From: Octopus bimaculoides | Taxonomy: Eukaryota | Direction of reading: 5' to 3' | DNA: 47,159 nt | Assembly: GCF_001194135.2 (NCBI RefSeq) | Contig: NC_068994.1 | Span: 30,325,022-30,372,180, forward strand | Shown: piece after piece, positions 1 through 12,250 of the stretch | Layout of the letters: each line of letters opens with the position of its first letter | How positions within the stretch are numbered: the first letter of the stretch is position 1 | Translations under genes and position numbers: made by a program | The notes under the pieces: model-generated | Databases searched by the model: none | Told to the model about the DNA's origin: nothing | The model's input: the letters and a program-made list of their open reading frames with translations, nothing else

Positions 1-28
1 TTTATCATTATTAATAAATCTATTCTAA

Positions 29-1230
29 AATGCACCAAAAATATTCAATAATATTGAGATCTGGGGACTGTGGTGGCCAGAGATGTTCAACTTCACTAGA
101 ATGTTCCCTGTGTCATTCAGTAACAATTTTAGCTGTGTGAATTGGTGCATTATCACCCTGAAAGATTGCATTTCCCTCCGGAAACAGTTCCGCAACCATA
201 AAATGAATTTTATCAGATAAAATGCTTAAATAGTCTTGGCTATTATTTCTGCCATGAAGGGAAACCGTTGGGCCGGCGGATTTCCAAGATATAGCTCCCC
301 TAGCCCAACACAGATCCTTCTCCATGTTTAACATTTGGAAGAAGGCAGTCTGAGTCAAATGCTTCTTTTGGCTGTCACCACACGTATACTCGGCCGGTGG
401 TCGGAAATAAGGCAAAGGATGACTCGTCCGAGAAAATAACATTCTTCCACTGTTCTAGGGACCAAATCTGTAAGTTTTTACACCGCTCTAAACGCTTTGC
501 AACGTTTGTTTTTGAAAGTAGTGGCTTTCTGATTGCAGCCCTCCCATGAAATTCGGCTTTGTGCAGCTCTCGGAGAACAGTTTTTGTGAAAACTGGGTTC
601 TCGAGGTGGTCATTAAGCTCTGTAGTAATTTTGGGAGCTGTACTTTTGTGATCCTTTCTAACAATTCGCGTAAGAGTCCGACGGTCCCTATCTNNNNNNN
701 NNNNNNNNNNNNNNNNNNNNNNNNNNNNNNNNNNNNNNNNNNNNNNNNNNNNNNNNNNNNNNNNNNNNNNNNNNNNNNNNNNNNNNNNNNNNNNNNNNNN
801 NNNNNNNNNNNNNNNNNNNNNNNNNNNNNNNNNNNNNNNNNNNNNNNNNNNNNNNNNNNNNNNNNNNNNNNNNNNNNNNNNNNNNNNNNNNNNNNNNNNN
901 NNNNNNNNNNNNNNNNNNNNNNNNNNNNNNNNNNNNNNNNNNNNNNNNNNNNNNNNNNNNNNNNNNNNNNNNNNNNNNNNNNNNNNNNNNNNNNNNNNNN
1001 NNNNNNNNNNNNNNNNNNNNNNNNNNNNNNNNNNNNNNNNNNNNNNNNNNNNNNNNNNNNNNNNNNNNNNNNNNNNNNNNNNNNNNNNNNNNNNNNNNNN
1101 NNNNNNNNNNNNNNNNNNNNNNNNNNNNNNNNNNNNNNNNNNNNNNNNNNNNNNTATATCTTTTAAATTTGTTTGTGGGAAACGTTTTGAATATGTAAAT
1201 AAAGCTCCTATTCCATTATGCAGGCCACTG
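29..1230 (-). mobile_element. Tc1-family DNA transposon remnant (pseudogenised transposase, 3' truncated, partly in an N gap)
   Basis: Minus-strand translation gives HTH-like RTLTRIVRKDHKSTAPKIT, then WKNVIFSDES (first D), FQGDNAPIH (second D) and WPPQSPDLNIIE (E). TGA stops at 375-377 and 113-115, frameshift near 300. CAGTGGCCTGCATAA at the right end (about 1230) looks like a Tc1 terminal repeat. Confidence 0.9.
694..1154. other. Assembly gap (others at 2388-2508, 8980-8989, 12180-12189, 18056-18065, 18548-18557, 19778-20257, 37138-37292, 44666-44675)
   Basis: Runs of N. Confidence 1.
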
Positions 1231-2353
1231 TGTAACGATACTGACTGGCGAACCAATTTTTGAGGGTTGCACCGAGCTGTACAGATATAATGTAAGATAA
1301 ATATAGTAATAATAACAATAACCCTCGGATGGAATTTATAAACATTTAATGCATCCCTACACGCGTTTCCACAAATCACATATCTCTTAAGATCGCTGTC
1401 CGTATTCCTGGGATGATTACAGTGTAGTCCGTAGTATCCGTAGCCATCGTGCCGATCATCTTCATGGATTCATTTCTTCAGGCGATATAACATTAATGGA
1501 TGTTTAACAGAGGGCTGCTTATCTCTTTTGACCAGTGCGAAGGTTGATTGAGTTATGTATGTATTTCTGTGTATTTGGAGAGAGAGGAGGGGAAGGTGAT
1601 GGAAAGAGAGGAATGAAAGGTAGTAGTATGGGTATGGAGGTGTGTGTGGTGGTGATGGACTTATTTTGCTATTCAGTCTGCAGATGATGTCAAGGATGGG
1701 TAGCACATTCCTTTGTTCGATCTCATTTAAAGCATGACTATCTTCAAAGAATTCTGAAGTAAACTGGTCAGCTGGTACATCCACTACAACCATCGGCCGT
1801 TGGGGTTTATTGTCTGAATTATATATACATGTGTGCATGTGTGTGCATGTATGTGTGTAACGTGATGATAGTTTTTCAAATCTATAACTGTATACTATGA
1901 TCTAAGTGGCCATTGAGCTAAGAAGAAACTGTAGTTTAAATTGTTAACGATTTACTACGCAATCCGAGTTTTCGTTAAAGCGAAATTACAGACCTTATCT
2001 CGAAATTATGGTCATAATTTAAATTTCCGTAAGCGCAAAGTCCTATTACCTGAGGTAACCGCAACGTTGGGGATGCCGGTATTTAAGTACCTAAATGTCA
2101 ACTTTGTTCATAGCGAACTATTCGGCTCAGACTCGATCATTTTGACTAGATTGCTCACCAGTTAGGTCATTATTTAACATTAATTAATTTTAGTCAAATA
2201 CATTGATACAATCTGTGTATAACTAATTCTGATATTTAGGCACGCAGAGCAGTGTCGCTGATGATGTTAAAAATCGTTGAGAAGACGTTTTTCCATTACT
2301 GAACGCATAACTTCTTAACCATTTATACGGTATCACAGGTCATTGCTTTGGCA

Positions 2354-3051
2354 TTTCGGTTCTCAACCGGGGTCCATATGACCCTTTNNNNNNNNNNNNN
2401 NNNNNNNNNNNNNNNNNNNNNNNNNNNNNNNNNNNNNNNNNNNNNNNNNNNNNNNNNNNNNNNNNNNNNNNNNNNNNNNNNNNNNNNNNNNNNNNNNNNN
2501 NNNNNNNNATAATATTTAATTAAGGATTTTTTAAACAGCGAATGGCTACGAGGGTCCACCCAAGTAAAATTGCAATCAACAGGATCCAGAGGCAGGGCCG
2601 GATTAAGACCCATCGAAGCCCTAACCACTTAAAAGATTTTGGTACCCCCATAAAAGATTATGTAATTCAAAATATAAACAATAACAAACCATAAAATAAA
2701 TTTTTAGTTTTCAAAACGAAACAAAACAGTAAGAGGGAAAATAATGTTTATTTCTATATACTTCCACTTTATTTATATATGAAAAGTTTCCTCCTACTTT
2801 TTTGAATTGCAAAGTCTTTGATCAGATCTTCAAAATTAATCTTAGGTAATACATCTGCATCTATACTTAGTAAAGATAAAGACATCCCAAATATTATTTT
2901 AGCAAGTTTAAAGTGATTTCTTTTGTGCCGTAAGCCATTTACTATTTCTGTGGTGCTTCCTCCTTCCCTTGATGCCCTAAGCACATGCTTATTTTGCATA
3001 ATGGTTAATTCAGCGCTGTCATAGGTAAAAAAAAATGGTTGAGAACCACTA
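2354..3051. mobile_element. Non-autonomous hAT (Charlie/Buster-like) MITE, interrupted by a nested hAT
   Basis: Ends GGTTCTCAACC...GGTTGAGAACCACT; internal sequence matches the copies at 6807-7300 and 34457-34792. Confidence 0.7.
2593..3018 (-). mobile_element. Internally deleted hAT element keeping the transposase C-terminal dimerisation region, nested in the MITE
   Basis: Imperfect TIRs CAGGGCCGGATTAA / TTAATTCAGCGCTG (11 of 14 match); degraded TSD tccagagg / tc-atagg; ORF 2769-2999 ends SLSLLSIDADVLPKINFEDLIKDFAIQKSRRK, typical of hAT C-termini. Confidence 0.75.
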
Positions 3052-4771
3052 TTCCAGATCTTTCTTCTCGACGATTGTCAACCTAGAGTCAATTAATGGC
3101 GTCGTGTTTTATGATTCGATACACAGATTTTGGGCTCCATGCGAATTATTTATGACCGACAGTTCTATATTCTTGGATTAATTTATTTAAGGGAAGTCAA
3201 TTGATAGACTCTAACGAGTTTGCTAATCGACAGTCCTGAGTTGTTATTGTTTCATGTAGCTCTCTGCCTTGTTTTCTTCCCCAGTCTCTCTTAGAATCAC
3301 TTATGTTCTGAGAAGTTCACAGGGAGTGGAGGCGGAACCACTCACAACACTTACTTCTCCCAAGAAATGGAGGAAGGTTGAGCGACCTCTTCTAAACGAG
3401 TGTCCCAACAAACGATAAAAAAAAAAAAGAGGAAAACTGTCCAAAGCAACCAGCCAGAGACCATAAGCTGTGGACAGACCAATGTACTGTTTCGCACAGA
3501 AAGTTTAAGAAGAATCACTAATTGGGAGCTAGTCTTGCTTTTAAAACATTTATGGTACATACTGGTATTATCCACTGGCGTGACGTTTCTTCACCGACTG
3601 TCAATGTTGCTTCGGAGGAAGTTGTTGCTTTCCATCCGAGACCGCTCCATTGAATTTTCATCCACATTGTATCGAGGGTTACATTATATCCAATATATCC
3701 TTTAGTTTCAACGATTTAATAAAGACTAAATCGTTAAAGATATGTTTTGAGAAGGATTTGATTACTATATCTAGCAAATCGAACGATCACCTAGAGGTCC
3801 CCGAAGGAGGTTTTTCTTGTTTAATCCCAAGTTTATCTAATAGAGTTGATCTATAATAAAAGTCATTTCCGTCTTGACCATCCAATCTTGATTTTAGACC
3901 TTAGGACTGCGTGATTCAACATTTCCTTACCTTGTTTTAGACGACAGGATGTGATTTGAAGGCGATTTGGTCGTTAACTCTAGCAAGCCAAGTGACCACG
4001 TAATGGTTCTTATGTTGTTTCATTTGCAGAAGATAATCCATTTTTATAGAGTGTTTCAACCATTTCGCTCGATCTTAATTGCTCCCATCTGTTGTTTGAT
4101 CGATAACTATAACACAGATTCACTGTGAACAAATTATCCGGCTTTGATTAATGCTAGCTATTGTATAGCCAACTGATCGATCTCTAATCACATTATATGT
4201 ATTTTAGGTTTTCTAATAGCCCTTGCTTAAAGTTGTTCCAGTCATGACCTTCCAAACTACGTTTTTTCGGTTAATCAAGGCTTAGATTATTCAATATCTT
4301 GTTCCCTTTTAAAATGAGGTATTATTTCAGGGGGATTTTTAGTTCTTATCTCTAGTTGATTCAACGACCATATAGAGTCTCTTTTAATGGTTCATATTAC
4401 GTTGGTTTGTTGTTTAGCCCATGGTCAACCCATGCTGAGCCATCCTTGCATGACCATCACGCCTTTTATATGTGGTATCTAGAACTACATGATCTAGTAT
4501 GTGTCAATCATATTAAGGCAGTGGGGTGTGAATCAGTGAGTGACATAGCAAGGTTTCTCATAGCCTGCGGGTTGGTGTGAAAGCCACCTTAAACATTTGC
4601 TCCCCTTCACACTACTTTTGTTACACTTCTGGTATGATTTGAGGGATATTTGACCACTATTTCTGGCAGGACGTGGGGCAATGTGGAGGCTCGTTTATCG
4701 GTTAATACTGTATTAGCATACAATATAAGTTCTCGAATATTGGTTTGAGTTGGATTTTAGGTTGTCTACAC

Positions 4772-5008
4772 CAGTGGTTCTAAAATTGAAAGCACCAGCT
4801 TCCTCAACCAAATACCCCTCCATCTTTATTAATGAAAAGAAAATCAAAAGTTCGAAGTCTTATAATAATTTTTTTCTTTGACATGGTGTTGGGCAAATTT
4901 AAAAGTTATGAAACCATCTAATTTTATTTTACATGACAATTTGTTCACCGCTTTTTCAACCCTCACAGGTCTCCTCAGAGAGGGGGCTACCCTTTATGAG
5001 AAACACTG
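4772..5008. mobile_element. Short hAT-like MITE
   Basis: CAGTGGTTCTAA ... TGAGAAACACTG (10 of 12 inverted match); flanks gtctacac / gtctctgc are consistent with a decayed 8-bp TSD. Confidence 0.55.
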
Positions 5009-5689
5009 GTCTCTGCTCTTCACTTATTTTTGTAGGGGTCATAAACAGCTGTTGAGGGAATGTGTACTGAGGGTTTGTGAATGATGGTAACGATATCCAG
5101 CGATATCTATCGACACCGTCTTGATATAATTTTGCTCGTAGTTCGTCATTTTAAGATGTATGGCACAGGCAATCGACCGGACTCTTGGGTTCAATCTAAA
5201 GATTCATGTTCCCGGCATAGTTTAGCTTTGCATAGTTGAGGACCATACTTGATACTCTAACATGTAGTGGTTGGTGTTTAGCTCCACCTGCAACAAATAA
5301 TTCTGTTGTTCGGAGGACTTCTTTCATTTCAACGAATGTGAATTGCTGCTATATTTCCTTCGCACTGAAACTCGATATTTCGCATCCTAGGTCTTTTAAT
5401 CGTATTCTTTTATATAAATAATTGGTGAAATTGCCTTGAGATTTCCAAGAGAAACAGTAAAAATCTTGTTACAATTCAAGAAGTTATTGGAACTTTTTTG
5501 AGATAGTTCTGTGTCTTACTTTAGCTAATCTCATGCCCAACCGGAGAATATGAGATATTTTGGCGCAGCAGTTTTGGTGCCGCCTATTTGGCATCGCTGA
5601 TTCGACGCTGACTTATTTGATTTCAAATGTTTTATGTTTCTCTCATTTTAATGTTTCCCTTGTTCTCTCTCTACTTTTTTTTCTCTCTT

Positions 5690-5820
5690 TTTCTGTGTGT
5701 GTGTGTTGTGTGTGTGTTGCGTGTGTTTTGTGTGTATTGCGTGTGTTTTGTGTGTGTTGACTGTGTTTTGTGTGTGTGTTGTGTGTGTGTGTGTGTGAGA
5801 AAGAGAGAGAGAGAGAGAAC
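5690..5820. repeat. Compound (GT)n/(GA)n microsatellite
   Basis: Direct reading; explains the C/V-rich spurious ORFs. Confidence 0.9.
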
Positions 5821-6806
5821 ATATTTCGCTCTGTGAGGAGAAGGAAATTGTTTATGTCCATCATGTTCAATTTATTAATTGTAATCTCTCTCTCCTCTCC
5901 CTCTCGCTCTTTCTATCTGTTTGTGTATATTTCTACTCGTACGTGTACTTGTGTGTATGTGTGCATGTGTTTATGTGTGCGTGTGTATATATGAGTGCAT
6001 CAGTGTAAAAAGTGACCAGGACTTCAAGAGTTGAAGTTTACTGTTGCAACAAACTCTAGAATCTAAAGAAATTGAATTGGCTGTCTATGAAGGACGAACA
6101 CTACAAGTAATATGGCAAGAACTACTTGGTTGCTCGATCTACCAGAAATACAGCCAAATCGCCCTTTAAATCGTATCCACTATCTTAGAAAGGAAGCACA
6201 TATTGTATAAGGTAGGCCAGTTATTCAAAACCGGAAAAAAAGGCACCCCACGCAAAAAATACAAAAAAAAAAAAACCGGTGGGAAGGCCACAACATTGAC
6301 CTACGAATAAACGACTGTCACCACAAGCACAACTGTTACCACTGCCACCTCCACAACCACCAATATCACCATCACCACCACGGCCACCACCACGGCCACC
6401 ACCACCACCACCACCACTACCGCCACTCCCTGCTGGATTGTTCATTATATTCCTTAGCTTGGCTGAACTATGCTATATCGGCAACAAGGATCTTAAAGGT
6501 CAATTAGTCGTTCGGTCGAAGGGCTGCCGGATAAGAATTGATCTAAGGTTACGCAACAATAACAGCAATTGAATACCTCTCACCATCTCTTCATAAAAAG
6601 TTGTACTTGTAATGGTTTCTTTAAATAAGCAGAAGCAAAGAAGTTTGCTGGGAGGGGAGCGGTCAATTACATCGATTCAGTACATGATTAGTATTTTATT
6701 TTAACGATTGCGGAAAGATGAAAAGCTTAGTTTTTGGTGAAATTAAAACTCGAAATGTAAAGAGCCGGAATAAATACTGTAAGGTTTTTTGGTCGACGTT
6801 CTAACG

Positions 6807-7300
6807 CAGTGGTTCTCAACCGGGGTTCATATGTTCCCGAGTGATGTGGGAGGTTCCATATAAGCTTTTTGGGGGTCCACGCAAGCAAAATAGTAAATTG
6901 GGTATCCACGAGGATCAGTTAATTATGATTGTATTCAACATATTCTCCTCTCAGATTCACAAACTTATTGCAGTAGTTCTTCAGTTTTTCTAAGCCCTGC
7001 AAAAGAACCCGGAAGGTTGGGCCTCCAGCCAGGCCTTTTGTAACACCCTTAAAGCCAGGAACTTTTTAGCACCCACTCGTACTATATTAAGAAGTATATT
7101 AAGGGTCCATGAAAAAATGTTACTTTGGATGTATTTATCATAAGAAACAGCTAGGTTTCTTTCTTTGACATTTTACATAGTTCAGCTTACACAAGTTAAT
7201 GTGTGAAAAGATGAAAAGCAAAATAGGAATTTTGAAAGAAGTAAATATAAAACTAGTTTTAAAACATCGAATGGCTATGGGGGTCCACTACAATAAAATT
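6807..7300. mobile_element. Partial hAT MITE (CAGTGGTTCTCAACC family) with an approximately 180-bp internal insertion
   Basis: Starts CAGTGGTTCTCAACCGGGG; 7095-7300 matches the reverse complement of 34490-34680; right TIR missing. Confidence 0.6.
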
Positions 7301-9041
7301 GGGTTCTTTTCTATTTGGCTGTACCTGTGGAAATTTCAAAGTGAAGGTTTTAAAATTTGGTGTATTGATGTAATTTTCCACGTCGAATGTCGGGGGATAT
7401 TTAACTTTTTCCAGAATTTTTTTAATAGAAAGTTACAGGAGTTTAAAGTTTTATAATCTTTACCCAGTCAGAGAACAGGATTTGGAAGCTGTCATTTTGT
7501 GCGTGACAGCATGTGTTGTCAACTGTAAACGAATGAAATATTGGCAGAATTCTGCATTACGCACGCCATATAACCCCTCATAACTTTTTCATTTTTTGGA
7601 ATTTTCAGAAAACTTTTGCGAATTTGTATTCTACACACAGGAATTTATATGATTATGTAAAAACCAAAAAAACAAAAAAAGAAATTGGTGCGTGATTTAA
7701 GGCCTACTTAGCGACCGGTAGAATAAGTACCAGGCTTCATAAAAAAAGTACTGGGATCTATTCGTTCGACAAAAATTCTTTAAGGCGGTGGTCCAGCATG
7801 GCCGCAGTCTAATGAATGAATGAAACAGCCAATGGATAAAAGATGCTTACTGAAACGGTCGATGAAAGAATCACTGATTAAATATACAAGATTGTACATT
7901 TACTGACATAGGAAACTATAAAGATTTAGAGATGAAATAACCGCGAGACGCCAGCTGCATGAATGTATGATAGTTATGTTAGTGTTAACGTATTTAATGT
8001 GGAGGATATTAAAAAGCTTATTAGGAATAGCTATGTAGTGAGGATAAAACAATATTAGTCGTCATAAGAATTAAGAAACTTCTAGAGAACGTGAAATAAT
8101 TTGTTTTTTATCAGTGGATTTCAAAGCAAATAAAGCTATAAATAACAGCGTGGAAATATGTGCATGCTATTATCTACAGCTTTATCTGCTGTATCTATCG
8201 ATAAAAACGAAATGTTAGTCATATTCTTTTCAGTTTTCCTACAAGGGCAAGAAGTTTGGGCATGTTTTGGTTTTATAACCTCATTAGCCAGTCATAGCAT
8301 CCATTGTACTTACCAAAGTAGTGATGTGATAATAACTTAATAAATGTACGTTATTGTAAATTAGTTGGTGTAGGAAAATACAACGAATATAACTCAGTGG
8401 CACCATCTGTATGAAAATGATAGTTAAATTAGTATTAACATATTTAATACACAGAACATTTAAAAACTAAGGTGAAATAAGTTCGCCAATACAACACCCA
8501 TTCCTTAACTACGTTACTTATCCTCATATCCTTTGCTACACAGCTAATGAAGGGTGGTTACTACGTGACCTTGCCGACACTACTAGGAGACTCACTGCTA
8601 GAGGCTAATCACTCTGAACACAAAAATTAGCACGAGCCAACGACCAACACTATGCGTGGTCGTTCACCTACTTGAAATAGCAGCCAAATATCATTCAAAC
8701 CATGGGTTAATGGAAGATTACATTGGACAATGTTGTTTCCAATTTACAAAAACGGAATGGTCACGGCTGGTGCGTCTTTGATCACATATGTGCTCCACAC
8801 GGCTGACACGTTGCTACCCCTCCCCCCGCCACCACTACAGCAACAGCAGCAGTAGCAACTACAACAGCAGTCACAGCATCAATGTGATACGAAGGATCCT
8901 CTACGTAGTCGTTTGATCGGCTTGAAATAGCAACCAAATTTCCCTCAAATCGCGCGCATTTTTTTTTAACAGAATATGTNNNNNNNNNNTTCGTCAGCCA
9001 TTATAACAACCCTGGGAAGACCCGCCATCTCTTTGGTCTGT

Positions 9042-9225
9042 CACTAGAATTGCTAAAAACAGCAGCCAAATTTCCCGCAAACTAAACTATCTAAAATAAA
9101 ATGAAATTAAGTGAACAATGTAGTCATAGATTTACAAAGAGAAATGGTCATGGCTGGAACCCTTTTGACTATAGGTCTGCTTGATCGGGGTAGGCCTGGG
9201 GTGGGTGAGAGGTCAGATAACAACA
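9042..9225 (+). repeat. Interspersed repeat with GAAATAGCAGCCAAAT core and (AAC)n tail (probable non-LTR element 3' end)
   Basis: Shared motifs GCTAGAAATAGCAGCCAAAT, GGATGGTCATGGCTGGAATGCCTTTGAT and GGGCTAAACAAC recur at about 3860-4010(-), 4405-4470(-), 6120-6220, 8650-8810, 9855-10070, 11150-11340(-), 12870-13030, 16440-16640, 29410-29580, 30315-30690, 34095-34220, 37895-38075 and 38895-39075(-). Confidence 0.7.
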
Positions 9226-9242
9226 AAATGTCTTTTTCATCA

Positions 9243-9353
9243 TCTACTACTACTACTACTACTTCCACTACCACGACCATCATCACTACCACCACCACTA
9301 CTACTACTACAATTACTACCACCACCACTACTACTACTACCACCACCACCACA

Positions 9354-9385
<32 letters not shown>

Positions 9386-9515
9386 CACAACTACTACTAC
9401 TACTACTACTACTTCCACTACCACCACCACTACTACTACTACTACAATTACTACCACCATCACAACTACTACTATTACTACTACTACTACTATTACTACC
9501 ATCACCACCACCACA

Positions 9516-9575
<60 letters not shown>

Positions 9576-9710
9576 GCCACTGCCGCCACAACGAATATTA
9601 CGTATAACCATTAAAATCACCACCTCCGTCATGTTATTGCTTCCATGACCACATCTCGCCAGCATTGTCAAAGCTCCCCCCCCCCACAACTACCACCACC
9701 ACCACCACCG

Positions 9711-9745
<35 letters not shown>
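9243..9745. repeat. Long imperfect (CTA)n/(CCA)n trinucleotide arrays (9243-9590 and 9690-9745)
   Basis: Direct reading; produces poly-T/V/L/S ORFs in several frames. Confidence 0.95.
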
Positions 9746-9746
<1 letters not shown>

Positions 9747-10071
9747 GGAAATGGCTGGATGGTCATGGCTGTGACGCCTTTGACTTATATGTTTGTTCAA
9801 TCAGAGCTGGCCTGCTGGGGTCAAAACGACGACAACAGTTAAGTACCACTGTAGCTAATGAAGAGGTCGTTGAAAATGCTAGAAATGGCAGCTAAGTTAC
9901 TCTCTCAAATTACACCCACTGACAAAAACAACAAAAAAAGACACATTGCTTTATGTGGTTTTTACATACACTATGACTGAAAAATGACAGGGTGATGGTC
10001 ATGGTCGGAATGCCTTTGATTATGGGCCTTCTCGATCAAAGATAACCTGACGCTAAGCTCTATCAACAACA

Positions 10072-10105
<34 letters not shown>

Positions 10106-11149
10106 GCATCGTCAGCTAACTTAATACCAATATTTACTATCCCCACCAGCGACATACTACTAGTTCACCGCTCCCACTACCAATTCCCTCACCGTTGTGA
10201 CTACTACTCAATGAATGCTACGACCACTTTTGCTGCTACCATTACCAACACCACAACACTGACTACGATTTCACAATTACCACCGTTACTACCTCCGCAC
10301 TTCCCATTCCTCTAACAACCACCGCCCTCCACTCCCTCACTATCACAACTATATACGCCGCCGCCAACATGATAACGCTTTACTACCATCACTTCCACCA
10401 CCACCAACACCGATACCAACAATGCAGCTGCCGCCTCCACCATCTAACTAATCATTACCGGTACCGTAACTATAACCACCACCACCGCTACCATCATACC
10501 AGTTCACTACTGCCACAATCGCCACCAGCACCAGCAGAGCAACCTTCAGCACCTCCTCCATCTCTAAAGCAAAGTGCAAAATATGTGTCGGAACCTTCAC
10601 GAAGGAGCAAATGAACGAACTAATGAATGAATGAAAGCATTAATGAATAAGAGAAAGCAAGAAGAACGGAGAGAAAGAAAGAAAGAAAGAAAAGAAGGAA
10701 GAAAGGAAGGACTAGAGGGTAGGTCATTAGAAGTCTTCTTAAAAAAAAAAAAAACTCAAGTGTTACTTATCGTAACAAAAAATAAATAAATAAAAACACA
10801 AACTTTATTATGAAAGGTCAAGAATCACTTCTTCGACAAATGATATTCAGTGTTCAAGTCTGACCGGCGTTAGACCATGAATATGGTAACGCTTCTATGA
10901 CTATTCAATATGATTGGTCAGAATTAAACTCTCAACGATATCTCTCTTAGCACACACATACACACACACACAAAACATATTCTTAATTCATGTTTCCAAA
11001 TAATGCTTCTGCAGGAGAGGATTTTGGTTAATGTCAGAAATTATCAACATCATAATTATGGACACTAATTATCTTAAGTAAAATTAGTAAATGGCTGTTT
11101 AGTTTTATTGTACCAGGCCTCCTTTTTTTTGTCCATTTATTGTTATTGT

Positions 11150-11340
11150 TTAGCCCTAGGTCATTCTTAATTAAGCAGAGACCCTCGATGCAAGGCGGTC
11201 AAGCAATGACTACCATGGCTTTTTAGTGGGTGTCAACGACTACATTATCTAATATGTGTATTGCATTTTTAAACTGAGGTGTAAATTGAGGGAGATTTGG
11301 CTGCTATTTCTAGCAGATCGAGTGACCACCTAGAAGCTCC
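11150..11340 (-). repeat. Copy of the GAAATAGCAGCC/(AAC)n-tail repeat family
   Basis: Contains TGTTTAGCCC and GATTTGGCTGCTATTTCTAGCAG, the reverse complement of the family motifs. Confidence 0.7.
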
Positions 11341-12189
11341 CTCGTTTTTTTTTGATTTTTGTTTTGATTGATCTTTATTGTTTCGGGAGGGTCAAGTGGA
11401 GAAAGTGAGGAACAAACAGCATCCGGTCACTACACACCGCCTACACCGTGGCCGAACTTGGTTAGAACAATGGGAAGTCTCTCCGACCAGGCAATTCTTT
11501 GCGGATTTATTTCTGGTAAAGAATATTATTTACGATGTTTTTTTTTCTTCGTTTTGATTGTTATCAATATCATTGCAACTGCCACTTATCCATATTATTA
11601 TACAGCTCTAGTCTTATGGATTGAGTGTTTAATAATAATTCCTATGATCGTTTATCAATTTAATAAGTTCTTGCGTTTATCAATATCGGAGGCTGAGAGA
11701 GTTCACCGCTAATCTGTCTTTAAAAGCAAACACATTGAAAGAGAGAATGAAATAGTAGAGAGAAAGAGAGAGAGAGAGAGTGTGTGTGCGTGTTTTGAGA
11801 GATAAAATTATATGACGAGTGCTATCGCTGACCTTTAATTACACACAGCAGACGTAGAACCAAGCTGGAACCTGGTACAATATTTTTGTCACCCTACTGC
11901 CGTGTCTTGTGACAAGAGGACCGTCGTTATTATTATTTTTTTTTTTTCGGGTTCTCTGTTTTTCTCTTCGTGCTTTAAATGCTGTTCTTTTTGTTTTTAA
12001 TTCTGAAAAAACTTATACTAAAAAACAAAACAAAACATTATCTGTTTTCTTTTATCGTTTAATATTTGATATATTTTATGTGCTGTATTTTATTGAAGTG
12101 TAATGTTTGGAGAATGGAAAACGAAACAAAATTGGGTTGACCATATTGTGAGTGGAATTTGGTATATGCAAACTGCAAANNNNNNNNNN

Positions 12190-12250
<61 letters not shown>

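Noticed and set aside
375-1379. 334-aa ORF and other long ORFs spanning N runs (also 19549-20391 and 37053-37430)
   Set aside because: Their length comes from N gaps translated as X; only the transposase parts are meaningful.
6221-6445. Gly-rich ORF on the minus strand
   Set aside because: Derived from a (CCA/CCG)n tract and a poly-A run; no supporting splice structure.
9107-9895. Poly-Thr, poly-Val, poly-Leu and poly-Ser ORFs (mucin-like appearance)
   Set aside because: They are translations of (CTA/CCA)n microsatellites, open in several frames on both strands, with no splice or domain support.
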